Shown: positions 1 through 13,418 of the stretch, piece by piece
Position numbering within the stretch: the first letter of the stretch is position 1
Layout of the letters: each line of letters begins with the position of its first letter
Origin: Octopus vulgaris
Taxonomy: Eukaryota
NCBI GenBank assembly: GCA_951406725.2
Contig: OX597818.1
Span: 50,902,001 to 50,966,000, forward strand
DNA: 64,000 bases
Direction: 5' to 3'
Program-made: the position numbers and the translations under genes
Notes under the pieces: model-generated
Seen by the model: only the letters and a program-made list of their open reading frames with translations
Told to the model about the DNA's origin: nothing
Databases searched by the model: none

Positions 1-290
1 GTCTACCGATGAAACATGATGTTGTAGCTAGGACACTCTATAATGAAATCCGTCGGATGTATAACCTCGAGAACAAAGACATAAGACCCCACAGTATGGT
101 AGAAGCCATAGCCACTCATAATAAAAAAGAATACTGGTGGAATGTCCCAGTGAAGACCTCAATAAAATGCAAAGCACAACAGACCTGATATAATGATTTG
201 GGATTGGGAAGAGAAACTATGTACAGTTGTGGAAATTAGCCGATTAGCGGTAATTAACATAAAGCTGAAGGTCAGTGAAAAAGAGAGCTA
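1..290 (+). mobile_element. Degenerate fragment of an R4/Dong-like (restriction-like endonuclease, RLE) non-LTR retrotransposon
   Basis: Translates with frameshifts to ...EYWWNVPVKTSIKCK..RPDIMIWDWEEKLCTVVEIS..., the PD-(D/E) RLE region of R4-clade LINEs. Confidence 0.6.
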
Positions 291-304
291 TTATATATAT
301 ATAG

Positions 305-460
305 GTTGCGCTTCCTTTAGTTTCCGTCTATCAAATCCATACACAACGCTTTGGTCGCTCCGGGGCTATAGTAGAAGACACTCATCCAAGATGCCACGCT
401 GTGAGTCTGAACCCGGAACCATGAGGCTGGGAAACAGAACTTCTTACCACACAGCAACGT
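305..460 (-). mobile_element. SINE family A, 5' fragment
   Basis: Diverged match to the tRNA-like head of the family A copies (e.g. 51792-52192). Confidence 0.7.
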
Positions 461-619
461 ATGCGTGTGAAGATGTGTGGGTGGAATAGATCTGATCTTT
501 GCAGAATGCCATAAAGTATTCTTCAGTAGCATGCAAACAATATGTTAAAATGACACACAATTAGATTAAAAATATATACGCATATATTTGTGTGTATAAA
601 ATAGACTGATTGAATGTTT

Positions 620-699
<80 letters not shown>

Positions 700-759
700 A
701 CGCATAAATACAAATACGTATACAAACAGACAGGGTTTTTTTAATTCCTTACATTATTG

Positions 760-952
760 GTTTCAAATTTTGGTACAAAGTCAACAATTTCGGGAGAAAC
801 CCTAGTGCTAATCTGGCACTTATTTTATCGACCCCGATAGGATGAAAGGCAAAGTCAACCTCGGTGAAATTTGATCTCAGAACGTAAAGACGGACGAAAT
901 GCCGCTAAGCAATTTTACCGGTATGCTAACGATTCCGCCAGCTCGTCGCATT
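760..952 (-). mobile_element. SINE family E, diverged copy
   Basis: Contains ATCGACCCCGATAGGATGAAAGGCAAAGTCAACCTCGG, the reverse complement of the family E core. Confidence 0.75.
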
Positions 953-1100
953 TATTCTTTTCGCCATTAAGAAATATATTACTTCACAAGTAATATATTC
1001 ACTACAAGTCAGAGTTTTTGTTTCATTTTCCTTCTTTTCAAGCTAAAGCAGTATCAGGATTTGAAATCGATACTTCGTGATAACGAATGATTGTTATCTA

Positions 1101-1665
1101 TTGGGTTGTCCGGAAAGTTCTGCCGATTTTTAAAGGAAAGAAAAAGGCCAATAAATACTTGCCATTATATTTTTAATCAACCAAATATCAACCATTTTGT
1201 TGCACAATGCGTTTCCATCTTTCCTTTAGCTTGAAAATACCCTCTTCCCAGAATTGAGGTGGTTTCATGGCAAACAATTCATCAAGGTATCTTTTTACGT
1301 CATCCAAGGAATTGAAATTTTTACCATTAAGACTATTCTGTAGAGACCTGAATAAGTGGAAATCCGAAGGATCAATATCTGGTAAATATGGAGGGTGGGG
1401 TAACACATTCCAGCCGAGCTGCAGCAATTTTTGCTTGGTTCCCAAAGCATCAAGTGCCTAAAATGAACTTTCTTATCTTCCATTTTAAAGGGTTACAGAA
1501 TTAACATAGGTTATAGGAACATAAACCTTCTTCTACGAAAAGATAGCTTAAACTGTGCTCTAAATGGAAGTGTTGTCAAATCCTATTTTATGGACTCAAC
1601 CATGTTCTAGAATAAGTCGAAAGATAAGCTACTATAAATCGGCATGAACTTTCCGGACAACACAA
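1101..1665 (-). mobile_element. Non-autonomous, internally deleted mariner (Tc1/mariner) DNA transposon
   Basis: TIRs TTGGGTTGTCCGGAAAGTTC..GCCGATTT / AAATCGGCATGAACTTTCCGGACAACACAA with TA on both sides. Encodes N-terminal MEDKKVHFRHLML fused to C-terminal GWNVLPHPPYLPDIDPSDFHLFRSLQN (YSPDLAPSD-type motif). Confidence 0.92.
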
Positions 1666-1920
1666 TATATAGAACACTTACCACATACGATATTAATTGT
1701 AGTTGGATGTTCTTAGCCAGCAGAAATGAAGTGATTTGATATTAGAAATAAAGTATTACTAATAACATAATACAAACGGACGAGTGTGTGAGTGCGTGTG
1801 TGTGTGTGTGTATGTACACTTACACATGCATACCAAAACACATAGACAATCGCACGCACGTCTGTATGCACCTAAATACATACATACATACATACATACA
1901 TACATACATACATACATACA

Positions 1921-1952
<32 letters not shown>

Positions 1953-2286
1953 CGTAGGCACTCAAGCATGCTTTGATATATTCATACAAATCTATGGAAG
2001 TATCGCTATAGATCTATGATTCCACTTAGCCATAACGGTAACAATAACCATTGGCTATGTATGTGTATATGTGTGCGTGTGTTTATGTGTGTATGAGTGT
2101 GTATCTGTGTACAAACATTCACATGCACACACATATATATACATATACATATGTATATATATATACATATGTATATATATATATATACATATATACACAT
2201 ATATACACAGGCATACGTATTTATAAATATGCGTGTGTATGTACCTATTTACATATGTATCTATCTACACAGTTAGGGTGTTATAT

Positions 2287-2700
2287 ACTCTACTCTTTTA
2301 CTTGTTTCAGTCATTTGACTGCGGCCATGCTGGAGCACCGCCTTTAGTCGAGCAAACCGACCCCAGGATTTATTCTTTGGAAGCCTAGTACTTATTCTAT
2401 CGGTTTTTTTTTGCCGAGCCGCTGAGTTACGGGGATGTAAACACGCCACCATTGCGTGTCAAGCGATGTTGGGGGGACAAACACACACACACACAAACAC
2501 ATAGACACACATACATATACATATGTATATATACGGCGGGCTTCTTTCACTTTCCGTCTACCAAATCTACACACAAGGCTTTGGTCGGCCTGAGGCTATA
2601 GTAGAAGACACTTTCCCAAGGTGCCACGCAATTGGACTGAACCCGGAACTATGTGGTTCGTAAGCAAGCTACTTACCACACAGTCACTCCTGCGCCTATA
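2287..2700 (-). mobile_element. SINE family A, full length
   Basis: Pol III A/B-box-like head, central TA/TG microsatellite, GTAAAAGA-type tail. Many near-identical copies in the window. Confidence 0.9.
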
Positions 2701-4529
2701 TAGGCAGGTTTATAAAATTAAAAAATAAGCAAACACGGATGTATATTACCTTAGACTAAATGCGAAGATATACACATATAAATATATAATATATTTTTAT
2801 AACCCTCCCCTACACATATATATACACACAAACACATACAATTATGGTAATGTAGACAGGTAAACAATGACATCATATTGCCTACCTTTACACGTTAGCA
2901 TTTTACTTTATTTAATTTTTTTTCGTTTAATATCACTATTCCAACACTAAAATGTACTCAGCATCCTACACACCGTCTATTTTACCTACACGTACACAAG
3001 CACACACTTTCACAGTCACATATCGTCTGCATAAACCAGTCATGCAGACGATAGATCAGAAGATACAGCTATCCCCTTAATGGTTTAGCCAGAAAAGAGA
3101 TGAAAGGCTAGACCACCTGGTATGAAGTCTGATATAATCTCCCTTCAACCAGACGCCACTCACCGAAACCTCTTCTCTTCAGTGACAGATTTTATCATCG
3201 GCTACTTAATCTCAATTACGCATCGATAATCAGAAATGTCCTTCTGGCTTCCGCCAGTACTGCTTTGTGTCACGTGATTTATCACGCTCCATTCAATAGC
3301 CTTTCCGTACACACTTCTGTATTTATGCATACATTCAGGCATGTATTTGATGTGTATGCATATGACATTATTGGAATGTCGATAGCTGGACGATGTTGGA
3401 AAAATCGATTGTATGGCCTCTGTGTGTGTATGTGTGCGAATATATATATATATACTTATGAACTCTCATATAGTGCTAAGCACTTATTATACTACACGAA
3501 TTAGTAGCCAATTCTCTGAGGCTACTAAACTTGCTATTGTTTGCTATGTATACGTACGGATTGGCTGCTAGTTTCCCTGGAATTCTCTCCAATGATAAGA
3601 TACCAATAAGAGCTGAAATTTAATTGAGGTTATTCATAATATTTTCAGTTTGCGGAGAAATAGGTTAATTTAATATATTTGTATGTCTTGTACACAAACT
3701 TTCATATACAAGTATGTACATATATAAGTATGTGTTTGTTGAATTTTTCGTATCTTTCGACGATGAGAATGCACTTGTAAGATTCAGTGAATTGTCACTC
3801 TTGAGATTAAAATGAAAATCTATGTAGATGAGTATTATATACACACACGTATCCTTTATATTCTCACACTGAAGCATTGTAACGCTTTGTAAGAGGATAG
3901 GATGTCTGAATTACGGCAGAATCCGAACAGAGAGAATTAGTAGGAATTGGTGTTCTACTGACCGTGAGTATGACTGATAAAGTTTACTTCAGCAGGGTTC
4001 GAAACTAAAACTTACAGAAGCGAAATACAGTAAGATATTTTATCCGACGCTCTAGTTAATCTTCCACTTCACTGCTTTGATATACATGTAAAGGTATAAA
4101 CATATATATATATATATATATATATATAAGGATAATATCGATATTATCAAGTGACCAGCATGGGAATAAATACCATATAAAGGTAATAATTGCTTACAAC
4201 TATAAATAAGGGTATCTGAGAGACACCACCATGCCGAAATAGCAGTCAAAACCCTGACTCTAAAAACCACCTTAAATGTTCATATCGTGCCATGAGGTAA
4301 GACAGAGAGACAAATTAAACTAGCAAAAAAGATTTTACTGGATAATTCAAGATCCTGGATTTCTAGCTTTGTTTCAAATAAGCTCTGCCTTCGTCAGTTG
4401 AATATATCAGAGGGGCACATAAATACAAATATATATATATATATATATATACAGAACATACGTTATACTTACATATACGAACGTCCATACATACATATGT
4501 ATGCACGTATGTACAAGGCCAGTCCATAA

Positions 4530-4631
<102 letters not shown>

Positions 4632-4769
4632 GTAAAAAAATACAAACTGGGACAAGAACGTAAAACATTTAGAAGACGATACAAAAAACACGAACGGGAC
4701 ATTCGAAGCCTTCAATCTTCAGTCAAGAACCGAATCATCTTCGCAATTTCGTATATATATAAACAATAA

Positions 4770-5039
4770 GAGAGACCACTACGTGGATGCCTTGTATGCT
4801 AAAAATAGACGTCAAACTGTCTTACCGCGAAATCTGTTTTCTCAAATTAGCAAGACGCTAGTTGTTTACGAGCTGGACAAATGAAAAGAATAAACATACA
4901 ACTTGGTACTATGTTCATTTCTTTTCATTTGTCCAGCTCGTAAACATCTAGCGTCTTGCTAATTTGAGAAAACAGATTTCGCGGTAAGACAGTTTGACGT
5001 CTATTTTTAGCATACAAGGGATCCAGATAGTGGTCTCTC
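4770..5039. repeat. Long inverted repeat (~120-bp arms, ~28-bp spacer)
   Basis: 4770-4890 is the near-perfect reverse complement of 4919-5039. Confidence 0.9.
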
Positions 5040-5324
5040 CTATTATTTATATTTAAACAGAATTCACGGTCCTCGGACGTTTTTTACGTATGCTGACCAC
5101 TTGTTGAAATTGATATTATTTAATAATATCCTTTAATAATATTAATTTCTACAATCATCATATGTGTGTATGTGTGTATGAATGTATGCATGTAAATGCT
5201 TCTTGTGGTTGCAAAGGAGGTGTGCTAAAACTGCATTCTGTGGTCACTGTCAACCTTCTCCTCGTAAACACCAAATAAATTTGATATTTATTGATTCTTC
5301 ACTTCATATTGGCTATTATTTTTA

Positions 5325-5336
5325 TAGATAGATAGC

Positions 5337-5393
<57 letters not shown>

Positions 5394-5847
5394 GATAGAT
5401 AGATACATACATACATACATACATACATACATACATACATACATACATACACACATACAAACATACAAACATACATACATACATACATACATACATACAT
5501 ACATACACACACATACACACATACACACATACACACATACATACATACATACATACACACATACACATATACATACATACATACATACATACATACATAC
5601 ATACACACACACATACATACATACAAACATACATACATACATACATACATACACACACATACATTCATACATACATACATACATACATACATACACACAT
5701 ACACACATACACACATACATACAAACATACATACATACATACATACATACACACACACATACATTCATACATACATACATACATACATACACACATACAC
5801 ACATACACACATACATACATACATACATACATACATACATACATACA

Positions 5848-5878
<31 letters not shown>
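5325..5878. repeat. Compound microsatellite (TAGA)n-(TACA/CA)n
   Basis: Directly visible. Confidence 0.97.
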
Positions 5879-5879
<1 letters not shown>

Positions 5880-6436
5880 ACGTGTGCTGAATGGAAAAGT
5901 AAACGAGAGACACACAGACAGTCCATAATTCTTCATCAGTTATCGACCAATGGTACTCTTCAGTTTCGCACCTTTAACGATAAGACTGAGTGCTTCTCAA
6001 TTGACGGTGCACGGAAAAAAAAGGGTTTTCTTGCGTCGAATAGGGGACAAGAGCAAGCAAAACGACCAGGGGGGGGATTAGGACGGTGGACGAGGACAAA
6101 CAGCTGAATAAAATACGGTCTTGGGGTCAAGACGTGAATAGTGGGTAACGCTTAGAAAATGTTTTAGACTATGGAGAACCGAGAGACAGAGAAAAGAGGG
6201 AGAAGTGGATGAAGGAGAAGGAGAAAGGCTAAGACTACAAGGTTAAGAACGGCTAGGAATGCAAGAGGGAGAGAGAAAGGAAGTGAGTAGAAAGGCTAGA
6301 ATAGAAGTGACAGGGTGAGAGAAAGAAAAGGGGAAAAATAAAGGAGACAGAATTTGTGACTGTTCAACTCATGGACCAGTTTATGTATATATATATATAT
6401 ATATAAATATATGTATATATATACGTATATATATAC

Positions 6437-6484
<48 letters not shown>

Positions 6485-6673
6485 TAAATAAGAGATAAAA
6501 CCACTATTAGGCAAATCAAACAGTGAAAGACATGTTTTGGTTTATGTCTTAGTGGTTTTATCTCTAATTTAATTTATATTTATACTGTGAAATTTGATTT
6601 AATCCTAAATCTAATTTTCCCCTGTAAGTTTGGATTTACTCCCTAATATTATTATTATTATTATCATTATTAT

Positions 6674-6738
<65 letters not shown>

Positions 6739-6754
6739 TGTATGTATGTATGTA

Positions 6755-6828
<74 letters not shown>

Positions 6829-6936
6829 TACATATATATGTATATATGTATATACATATATATATATATATGTATATAAATAGAAATTGAAAATGCACTG
6901 AGAACAGTTAAAATATTTTTGATTAAAATATTCGAA

Positions 6937-6977
6937 GCTTTAACCGATTTCACAGTTTACACTGATTTTCAAAAAGT
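6937..6977 (-). ncRNA. Possible minimal hammerhead motif (U3-A8 variant)
   Basis: Minus strand reads CTTT-TTGAAAA-T-CAGT-GTAA-ACTG-T-GAAA-TCGG-TT-AAAG, next to a (TA)n tract. Confidence 0.4.
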
Positions 6978-7373
6978 CCAAATGGAAAGACGTGGCTTAT
7001 GTCACAACCGCCTTGCTTGTGACAAGTGTTTGAAGTTTGCCCTGTTATTATAGGGAGTTCATGGCTCAAATTAGTATATGCTTTGAATAGGATTTGATTG
7101 GCAAAGGATAGTCACATGAGTGGTCTTAGAAATATTTGTAGGTTCCCTGCTATGTCAGTGTGTTAGTATCAAATGACAATGTTTGGTGTCGTAAGCTAAT
7201 GCTGATACGGTTGACTGAACAAGTTCAAACAATCAATACTCTGAATGTTTTCTGCCAAGTGCTTGTAGAGAATGAACGCATGATTGAGTTTATAACCTTT
7301 TTGTACCTTTCCCGCTACGTCCGTACGTCAGTATCACGTGACAGTATATTTTGTACCTAAAAAGAGGGTCGAC

Positions 7374-7605
7374 ACCTATTTCTGTACTACCCACAAGGGG
7401 CTAAACACAGAGAGGACAAACAAGGACAGACAAACGGATTAAGTCGATTACATCGACCCCAGTGCGTAACTGGTACTTGATTTATAGACCCCGAAAGGAT
7501 GAAAGGTAAAGTCGACCTCGGCGGAATTTGAACTCTGAACGTAACGGCAGACGAAAAACTGCTAAGCATTTCGCCCGACGTGCTAACGATTCTGCCAGCT
7601 CGCCT
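7374..7605 (-). mobile_element. SINE family E monomer with 21-bp target-site duplication
   Basis: CCTAAAAAGAGGGTCGACACC at 7356-7376 and 7603-7623 flanks the copy. Confidence 0.9.
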
Positions 7606-8069
7606 AAAAAGAGGGTCGACACCGTTGGGTGAACATGTTTAGTTATAATCAAGACAGACCAAATTTAATCTGTCTGGTGCATCGCCCGGTTTGAGATTCG
7701 AACCCGCGAGTCTACTGCTCTAACCACGAGGCCATGTGCCTCCATATAAATGTGTGTGTGTGTGTGTATAATGTTACACGTATATACTTACGCACATACA
7801 TGTACTTATGTATATACTCACAGACGTATATATGTATGTATATGTGTGTATGTGTGTGGGGGCTGTAAACTGGCTGACTTCTAACGGCGTGTGATCGATT
7901 AATCATTATATTCATTTAAATTGCCAGATATTTGGTGTGTCAGAGAAGATTTCAAGACACGTTTGCTCTTTGCCTTCAGCAATCTAAATCGACAAAAAAA
8001 AATGCCGTATATGGTCATAAAAAAGGAGACCATCGTCGACTATGTTGCTGGAGGATTATATATGCTTCA

Positions 8070-8453
8070 GTGGAGGCGCAATGGCCCAGTGGTTAGGGCA
8101 GCGGACTCGCGGTCATAGGATCGCGGTTTCGATTCCCAGACCGGGCGTTGTGAGTGTTTATTGAGCGAAAACACATAAAAGCTCCACGAGGCTCCGGCAG
8201 GGGATGGTGGTGATCCCTGCTGTACTCTTTCACCACAACTTTCTCTCACTCTTACTTCCTGTTTCTGTTGTACCTGTATTTCAAGGGGCCGGCCTTGTCA
8301 CTCTCTGTGTCACGCTGAATATCCCCGAGAACTACGTTAAGGGTGCACGTGTCTGTGGAGTGTTCAGCCACTTACACGTTAATTTCACGAGCAGGCTGTT
8401 CCGTTGATTCGGATCAACCGGAACCCTCATCGTCGTTACCGACGGAGTGCTTC
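8070..8453 (+). mobile_element. SINE family B (tRNA-derived; possibly octopus OR-type), full length
   Basis: A box TGGCCCAGTGG, B box GTTTCGATTCC, TSD ATATATGCTTC. Multiple copies in the window. Confidence 0.9.
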
Positions 8454-9533
8454 TTAATATATGCTTCTATGTCATGAATATAATATAATAGGCTTTTAGT
8501 GTAATAAGACTGATTATTTAGAAAGGCATAAAATATTAACTAAAAAGCTGCAGTCGTTTACTTTTGAGAATAGAATTATGTCACTGAATATAAAACACTC
8601 TTTATGCCGCGTGATTGGAAAGACAGTATTCATTTGAGAAAATATTTATACCATAATACTTTTCAATATAAAACTATGAGAATAAATGTGAAATACGCTA
8701 AAAAATATTCTAATATTTGAAACAGTATTTATATCGTCATATGTTAAACAAAAATATTCGTCTAGATATAAGATATACTTAAATATATTATTTATTTTAC
8801 AAAATGTTTATACTGGAAAAATATATACAGTTATCAAAACATTTTATGTTTTTTTTTTATAATCCCGTGATATCGCATATATTTGAAATCTGATTGATAC
8901 ATCAATGAAATAATATTTGATTTGTGATCTTATGATTGTACATCCACTATTCTTTGATGTTCGTCGTATTTCATACATTTTTTTAAATCTGTTACAACAA
9001 CAGTAGTTTTTTTTTAAGCCTGTTAACAACCTTCGAACTTGGTTGAAATATCAAAAAAATAACTAAAAGCCAACTTGAGAGGTGTTGTAAACTGATGGAG
9101 TATTGAGCATAAATTAAGATTTTTGTTACAAACAGATGCTTTAATAAGTTCTTTTTAAAACCGTTCCCAGAGAATGTTTTACATCTACAATAAGACGTTT
9201 TTCCTTCATTTGCCTTTGGTGAATGTAGCCTTCACAAGTTGTGGTTGATTTAATCAGACATTTCCAACGATCATTGGGCATTTCGGTCCTGTACTGTAAC
9301 TAACGCCAGGTGGCATGTCAGCTGCTGTAACCAACGCACTGCCCTTCTTTCTTTTTGACTTCTATTTCAGTTACTCTCTCGTACTCCGTAACACGCAACA
9401 TACTCCTACTTTTTCCACTTTATGAGCAGTAGGTCTTCTCTGTTTTTCGCTATTCCAATAGCTATGAGCATTCTCCATACCGGCTAGGCGGAGTTTCTTT
9501 ATGGTCAACCTCGACTGGAAGTAGCCATACTTA

Positions 9534-9626
<93 letters not shown>

Positions 9627-9631
<5 letters not shown>

Positions 9632-9858
9632 CTTTTACTCTTTTACTTGTTTCAGTCATTTGACTGCGGCCGTGCTAGAGCACTGCCTTTAGTCGAACAA
9701 ATCGACCCCAGGACTTATTCTTTGTAAGCCCAGTACTTATTCTATCAGTCTCTTTTGCCGAACCGCTAAGTTACGGGGTCGTAGACACATCAGCATCGGT
9801 TGTCAAGCGATATTGGGGGGGGGGACAAATACAGACACACAAACATATACACACACAA
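9627..9858 (-). mobile_element. SINE family A, 3' half, adjacent to (CT)n
   Basis: Sequence identity to other family A copies. Confidence 0.85.
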
Positions 9859-9932
9859 GAGTGTGCTCGTGGGTATAGTGTTTTACTGGGCTGGGGGGGT
9901 TGACAAATGAATCGAATGGTATGCTTCTCTTA

Positions 9933-10356
9933 AAGGCGGCGAGCTGGCAGAACCGTTAGCACACCGGGCGAAATGCTAAGCGGTATTTCGTCTGCCCTTA
10001 CGTTCTGAGTTCAAATTCTGCCGAGGTCGACTTTGCCTTTCATCCTTTCGGGGTCGATTAAATAAGTACCAGTTACGCACTGGGGTCGATATAATCGACT
10101 TAATCCGTTTGTCTGTCCTTGTTTGTCCTCTCTGTTTTTTTTTAGCCCTTTGTGGGTAGTAAAGAAATTGGTATTTCGCCTGCCGCTACGTTCTGAGTTC
10201 AAATTCTGCCGAGGTCAACTTTGCCTTTCATCCTTTCGTGGTCGATAAATTAAGTACCAGTTACGCACTGGGGTCGAAATAATCGACTTAATCCGTTAGT
10301 CTGTCCTTGTTTGTCCTCTCTGTGCTTAGCCCCTTGTGGGTAGTAAAGAAATAGGT
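9933..10356 (+). mobile_element. SINE family E head-to-tail dimer with 15-bp TSD
   Basis: Two units. GGTATGCTTCTCTTA at 9918-9932 and 10354-10368. Confidence 0.9.
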
Positions 10357-11285
10357 ATGCTTCTCTTAGAGTCAAGTGCTTTGTGCCAGATATTTCAGCT
10401 GTACTTTGCCATGGATCATTACACTCGTGCTTTGTATAGTGACAGCATCAGCTTTTTTTTTTTGGTTCGAATCTTCATTGTTGTTGCTATGGTTACTTGT
10501 TCCTGTCTCAGATCAACTCTCACTAAGCAGGTCAGTGATCAGAAGTGTTTCAGCCTTGTTCACTTCGTCAATTTCAAGGTACATTGCTTATCTAGGACTA
10601 CACTATCATATGCTTATCTCTCTTTTTAAAATGACTTGATGTAAATTGAAGGAGACATGGTTTGTGTTTTAACAGGTAGAGCAACTAAGTAAAGGTTTCC
10701 ACATTGACCCCTGTGCGGACGTGAAGGAAATTAGAAAAGAAGGCGGGTCCAGACACCAACTTAACAGTTTCTGAGAAATTAGCGGGCACTATTATTTGCT
10801 GTTAATAGTAATCACTTCGAAATAAATTACCTGATGTGGGCTCGAGGAACGAAATATGGTGTACAGAAGGTTTGTGTGAAGCTCTGTGTGTGTGTGTGTG
10901 TGTACTCAAAGAATGTAGTTGTATAAAGATACCTTCTTCAGGACATTCGAAAAGGCGATGGCTGGAAAACGTTCGTTGCTCAAAAGTGTGAGCAACAAAC
11001 TTTTTCCAACCACTGCTTTTCCGAATGTCATGTTTATCATGAGCACTACCTCTTCCTTTTGTAACCAACTGGTCAAAATATAATAGGTTTAACAATAAGA
11101 ATGGCATACATTTTTCAGAGATAGTTTTCAGTGTACAAGTGAAACATATAGGGGTTAATCATGTGATCACCTCGCACAGAAAGTCTGGGGTTCAGTATCT
11201 GACCCAGCAATGTTAGTTTTGGAGAAATAAGAGATGCTGTGCTTCCTGAAGTCATGTAGTGGTATGAACTAATTGTATCTATATA

Positions 11286-11800
11286 TTGGGAAAGAAAAAA
11301 GTCAATAAATACTTGGCATTACATTTTTCATTAACCGAATATGAATCATTTTGTTGCACAATGCGTCTCCATCTTTCCTTTAACTTGAAAATATCCTCTT
11401 CCCAGAATTGAGGTGGCTTCATGGCAAACAATTCATCAAGGTATCTTTTTACGTCATCCAAGGAATTGAAATTTTTACCATTAAGACTATTCTGTAGAGA
11501 CCTGAATAAGTGGAAATCTGAAGGAGCAATATCTGGTGAATATGGAAGGTGGGGTAACACATCCCAGCCGAGCTGCAGCAATTTTTGTCTGGTTCCCAAA
11601 GCATCAAGTGCCGAAAAGGAACTTTCTTATCTTCTATTATAAAGGGTTACAGAATTAATGCAGGTTATTAGGAACATAAACCTTCTTCCTCGAAAAGATA
11701 GCGTAAACTGTGCTCTAAATGGAGGTGTAGTCAAAAAATATCTAAAATAAGGCGAAAGGTAAGCTACCATAAATCGGTACGAACTTTCCGGACAACCCAA
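11286..11800 (-). mobile_element. Second copy of the internally deleted mariner (left TIR mostly lost)
   Basis: High identity to 1101-1665. Encodes GWDVLPHLPYSPDIAPSDFHLFRSLQN. TIR ...GAACTTTCCGGACAACCCAA followed by TA. Confidence 0.9.
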
Positions 11801-11941
11801 TATATAGCTAAAGACTGACTATACTGTTGAAAATACTGCACTTACAAGTCACTCGAACTAAAATCAAGTTCATACACAATTGTCATGAGGCACTTTTGCA
11901 TCGTCGAAGTTTGTATCTTTAGATTTGCTTGTGTTTTGTCA

Positions 11942-12323
11942 TCTCTCTCTATATAAACGGCAGTTTATCTGTCTGTGTGTCTGTGTGTCTGTCAGGTTGT
12001 ACCCTCACCCTGACCACGGCTTTCAACCGATTCTGATGAAACTTGACACACACATAGCCCAATGTCATAATTCAAAACTAACGCAGCGAAAATTTTGAAA
12101 AGTTCCCCCAGTTCTGAAAAAAATCGATAAATTCGACATGGGGTCGAGAATCAGAAAGACAAACCACAGACTGTCTAGGGGGCGCAACTCGACCTTTTTA
12201 ACTCTAAAAAAATTTACCATAATTTTTTTTCCATTTTTTTGCTATTTTTTGGCTATAACTCTCTAAAAATGCTTTATAGTTATTTCCCTTACAAACCCGA
12301 GCAACGCCGGGCGATACTGCTAG
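11942..12323 (+). mobile_element. Non-autonomous Helitron
   Basis: 5' TC start after A, subterminal hairpin CCCGAGCAACGCCGGG, 3' CTAG followed by T, no TSD. Confidence 0.8.
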
Positions 12324-12764
12324 TTTGCAATAAAACTTGTTGATTTGCTGTAGACCATTCTATTTCTGATCAGTTTTGCTGCGTGTTTTTAACGTCTTTA
12401 GATAACTCAAAATTATCAGTATTGTAGTTGTTTACCAAATCTCTTAAAATTTTGAACCAACTGTGAGTTACATACATTCAATTTCTTTGCCAAGTAAATA
12501 ATAAAAACTCTGTTGGAAATACTTCTATAGTACGTATGCATCTTAGGTTTGGTTTCCAATTTATTGTGACACTTATTGAAATGGGAAAGACGCCAAAAAT
12601 TTCTGTTGAAGATTCAAATGTTTGGCGAACATTTCTTACCTTGTAGAGAATTTTGTATTTACGAGAATAACTTATAAAATTTTAGACGTTCATTTTGAAA
12701 CATGTTAAATGAATGATTATTCCTGTTTAATTTTAATTGAATTTCATTTCTTTTCCTCTTTCAG

Positions 12765-13418
12765 TGAAAGAATGCAGAGGGCTTGTATTACCAATACTTA
12801 TAGAGGACCACTGGAACGTAAATTTTCGCGCCTTCCTTTACCTTTTGGCCATGATATGGTGCTTTCTAGGAGTAGCAATCATATCTGATGTTTTCATGTG
12901 CTCAATTGAACGAATCACCAGTAAAACCAGGAAGATTCGAATTTCTGATCCTAAAGACAAAGATGGTTTTCGTGAAATAGAAGTGAAAGTATGGAATGAT
13001 ACAGTAGCCAATTTGAGCTTAATGGCTCTGGGGACGAGTGCACCAGAAATTTTATTGTCGGTCATTGAGACTATAGGAAATAAGTTCGAACCCGGTGAAC
13101 TTGGCCCAGCAACTATTGTCGGCTCTGCTGCCTTCAATTTATTGGTTATTACTTCTGTATGTATGATTTCGATTCCAACTGGGGAAATTCGCCAAATCAA
13201 AAGTGTAAACGTATTCGGTGTGACTTCCTGTTTTAATATGTTTGCCTATATATGGTTAGCAATTGTTCTGCTTGCCAGTTCGAAGGATCTCGTGAAAGTC
13301 TGGGAGGCTGTGATTACTTTTACTTTATTTCCTATACTTATCGGCGTAGCTTTTATAGCAGATAAGAACTTTTTCCGGACCAAAAATAAAATCGGTACAC
13401 CGGTGGAGATTGGAATTG
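12765..13418 (+). CDS. Internal exon of a Na+/Ca2+ exchanger (NCX/SLC8-like) gene, covering the N-terminal TM bundle with the alpha-1 repeat
   Basis: Open frame with FLGVAIISDVFMCSIERITSK, VWNDTVANLSLMALGTSAPEILLSVIE, GELGPATIVGSAAFNL and VKVWEAVITF. Polypyrimidine tract plus AG at 12763-12764; GTAAGT donor at 13419; 654 bp, phase 1/1. Confidence 0.95.

Noticed and set aside
5299-5936. Long YVCM/HTYI ORFs (also 41438-42082 and many others)
   Set aside because: Translations of di- and tetranucleotide microsatellites.
8070-8145. tRNA gene
   Set aside because: A/B boxes are present but it continues into a multi-copy SINE body with a TSD.
10940-10980. TCGAAAA-GGC..GCT-GGAAAACGTTC hammerhead-like string
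   Set aside because: No convincing stem I and several core deviations.
12025-12050. CTGATGAAAC as a hammerhead
   Set aside because: No stem II between the half-cores; lies within the Helitron 5' region.
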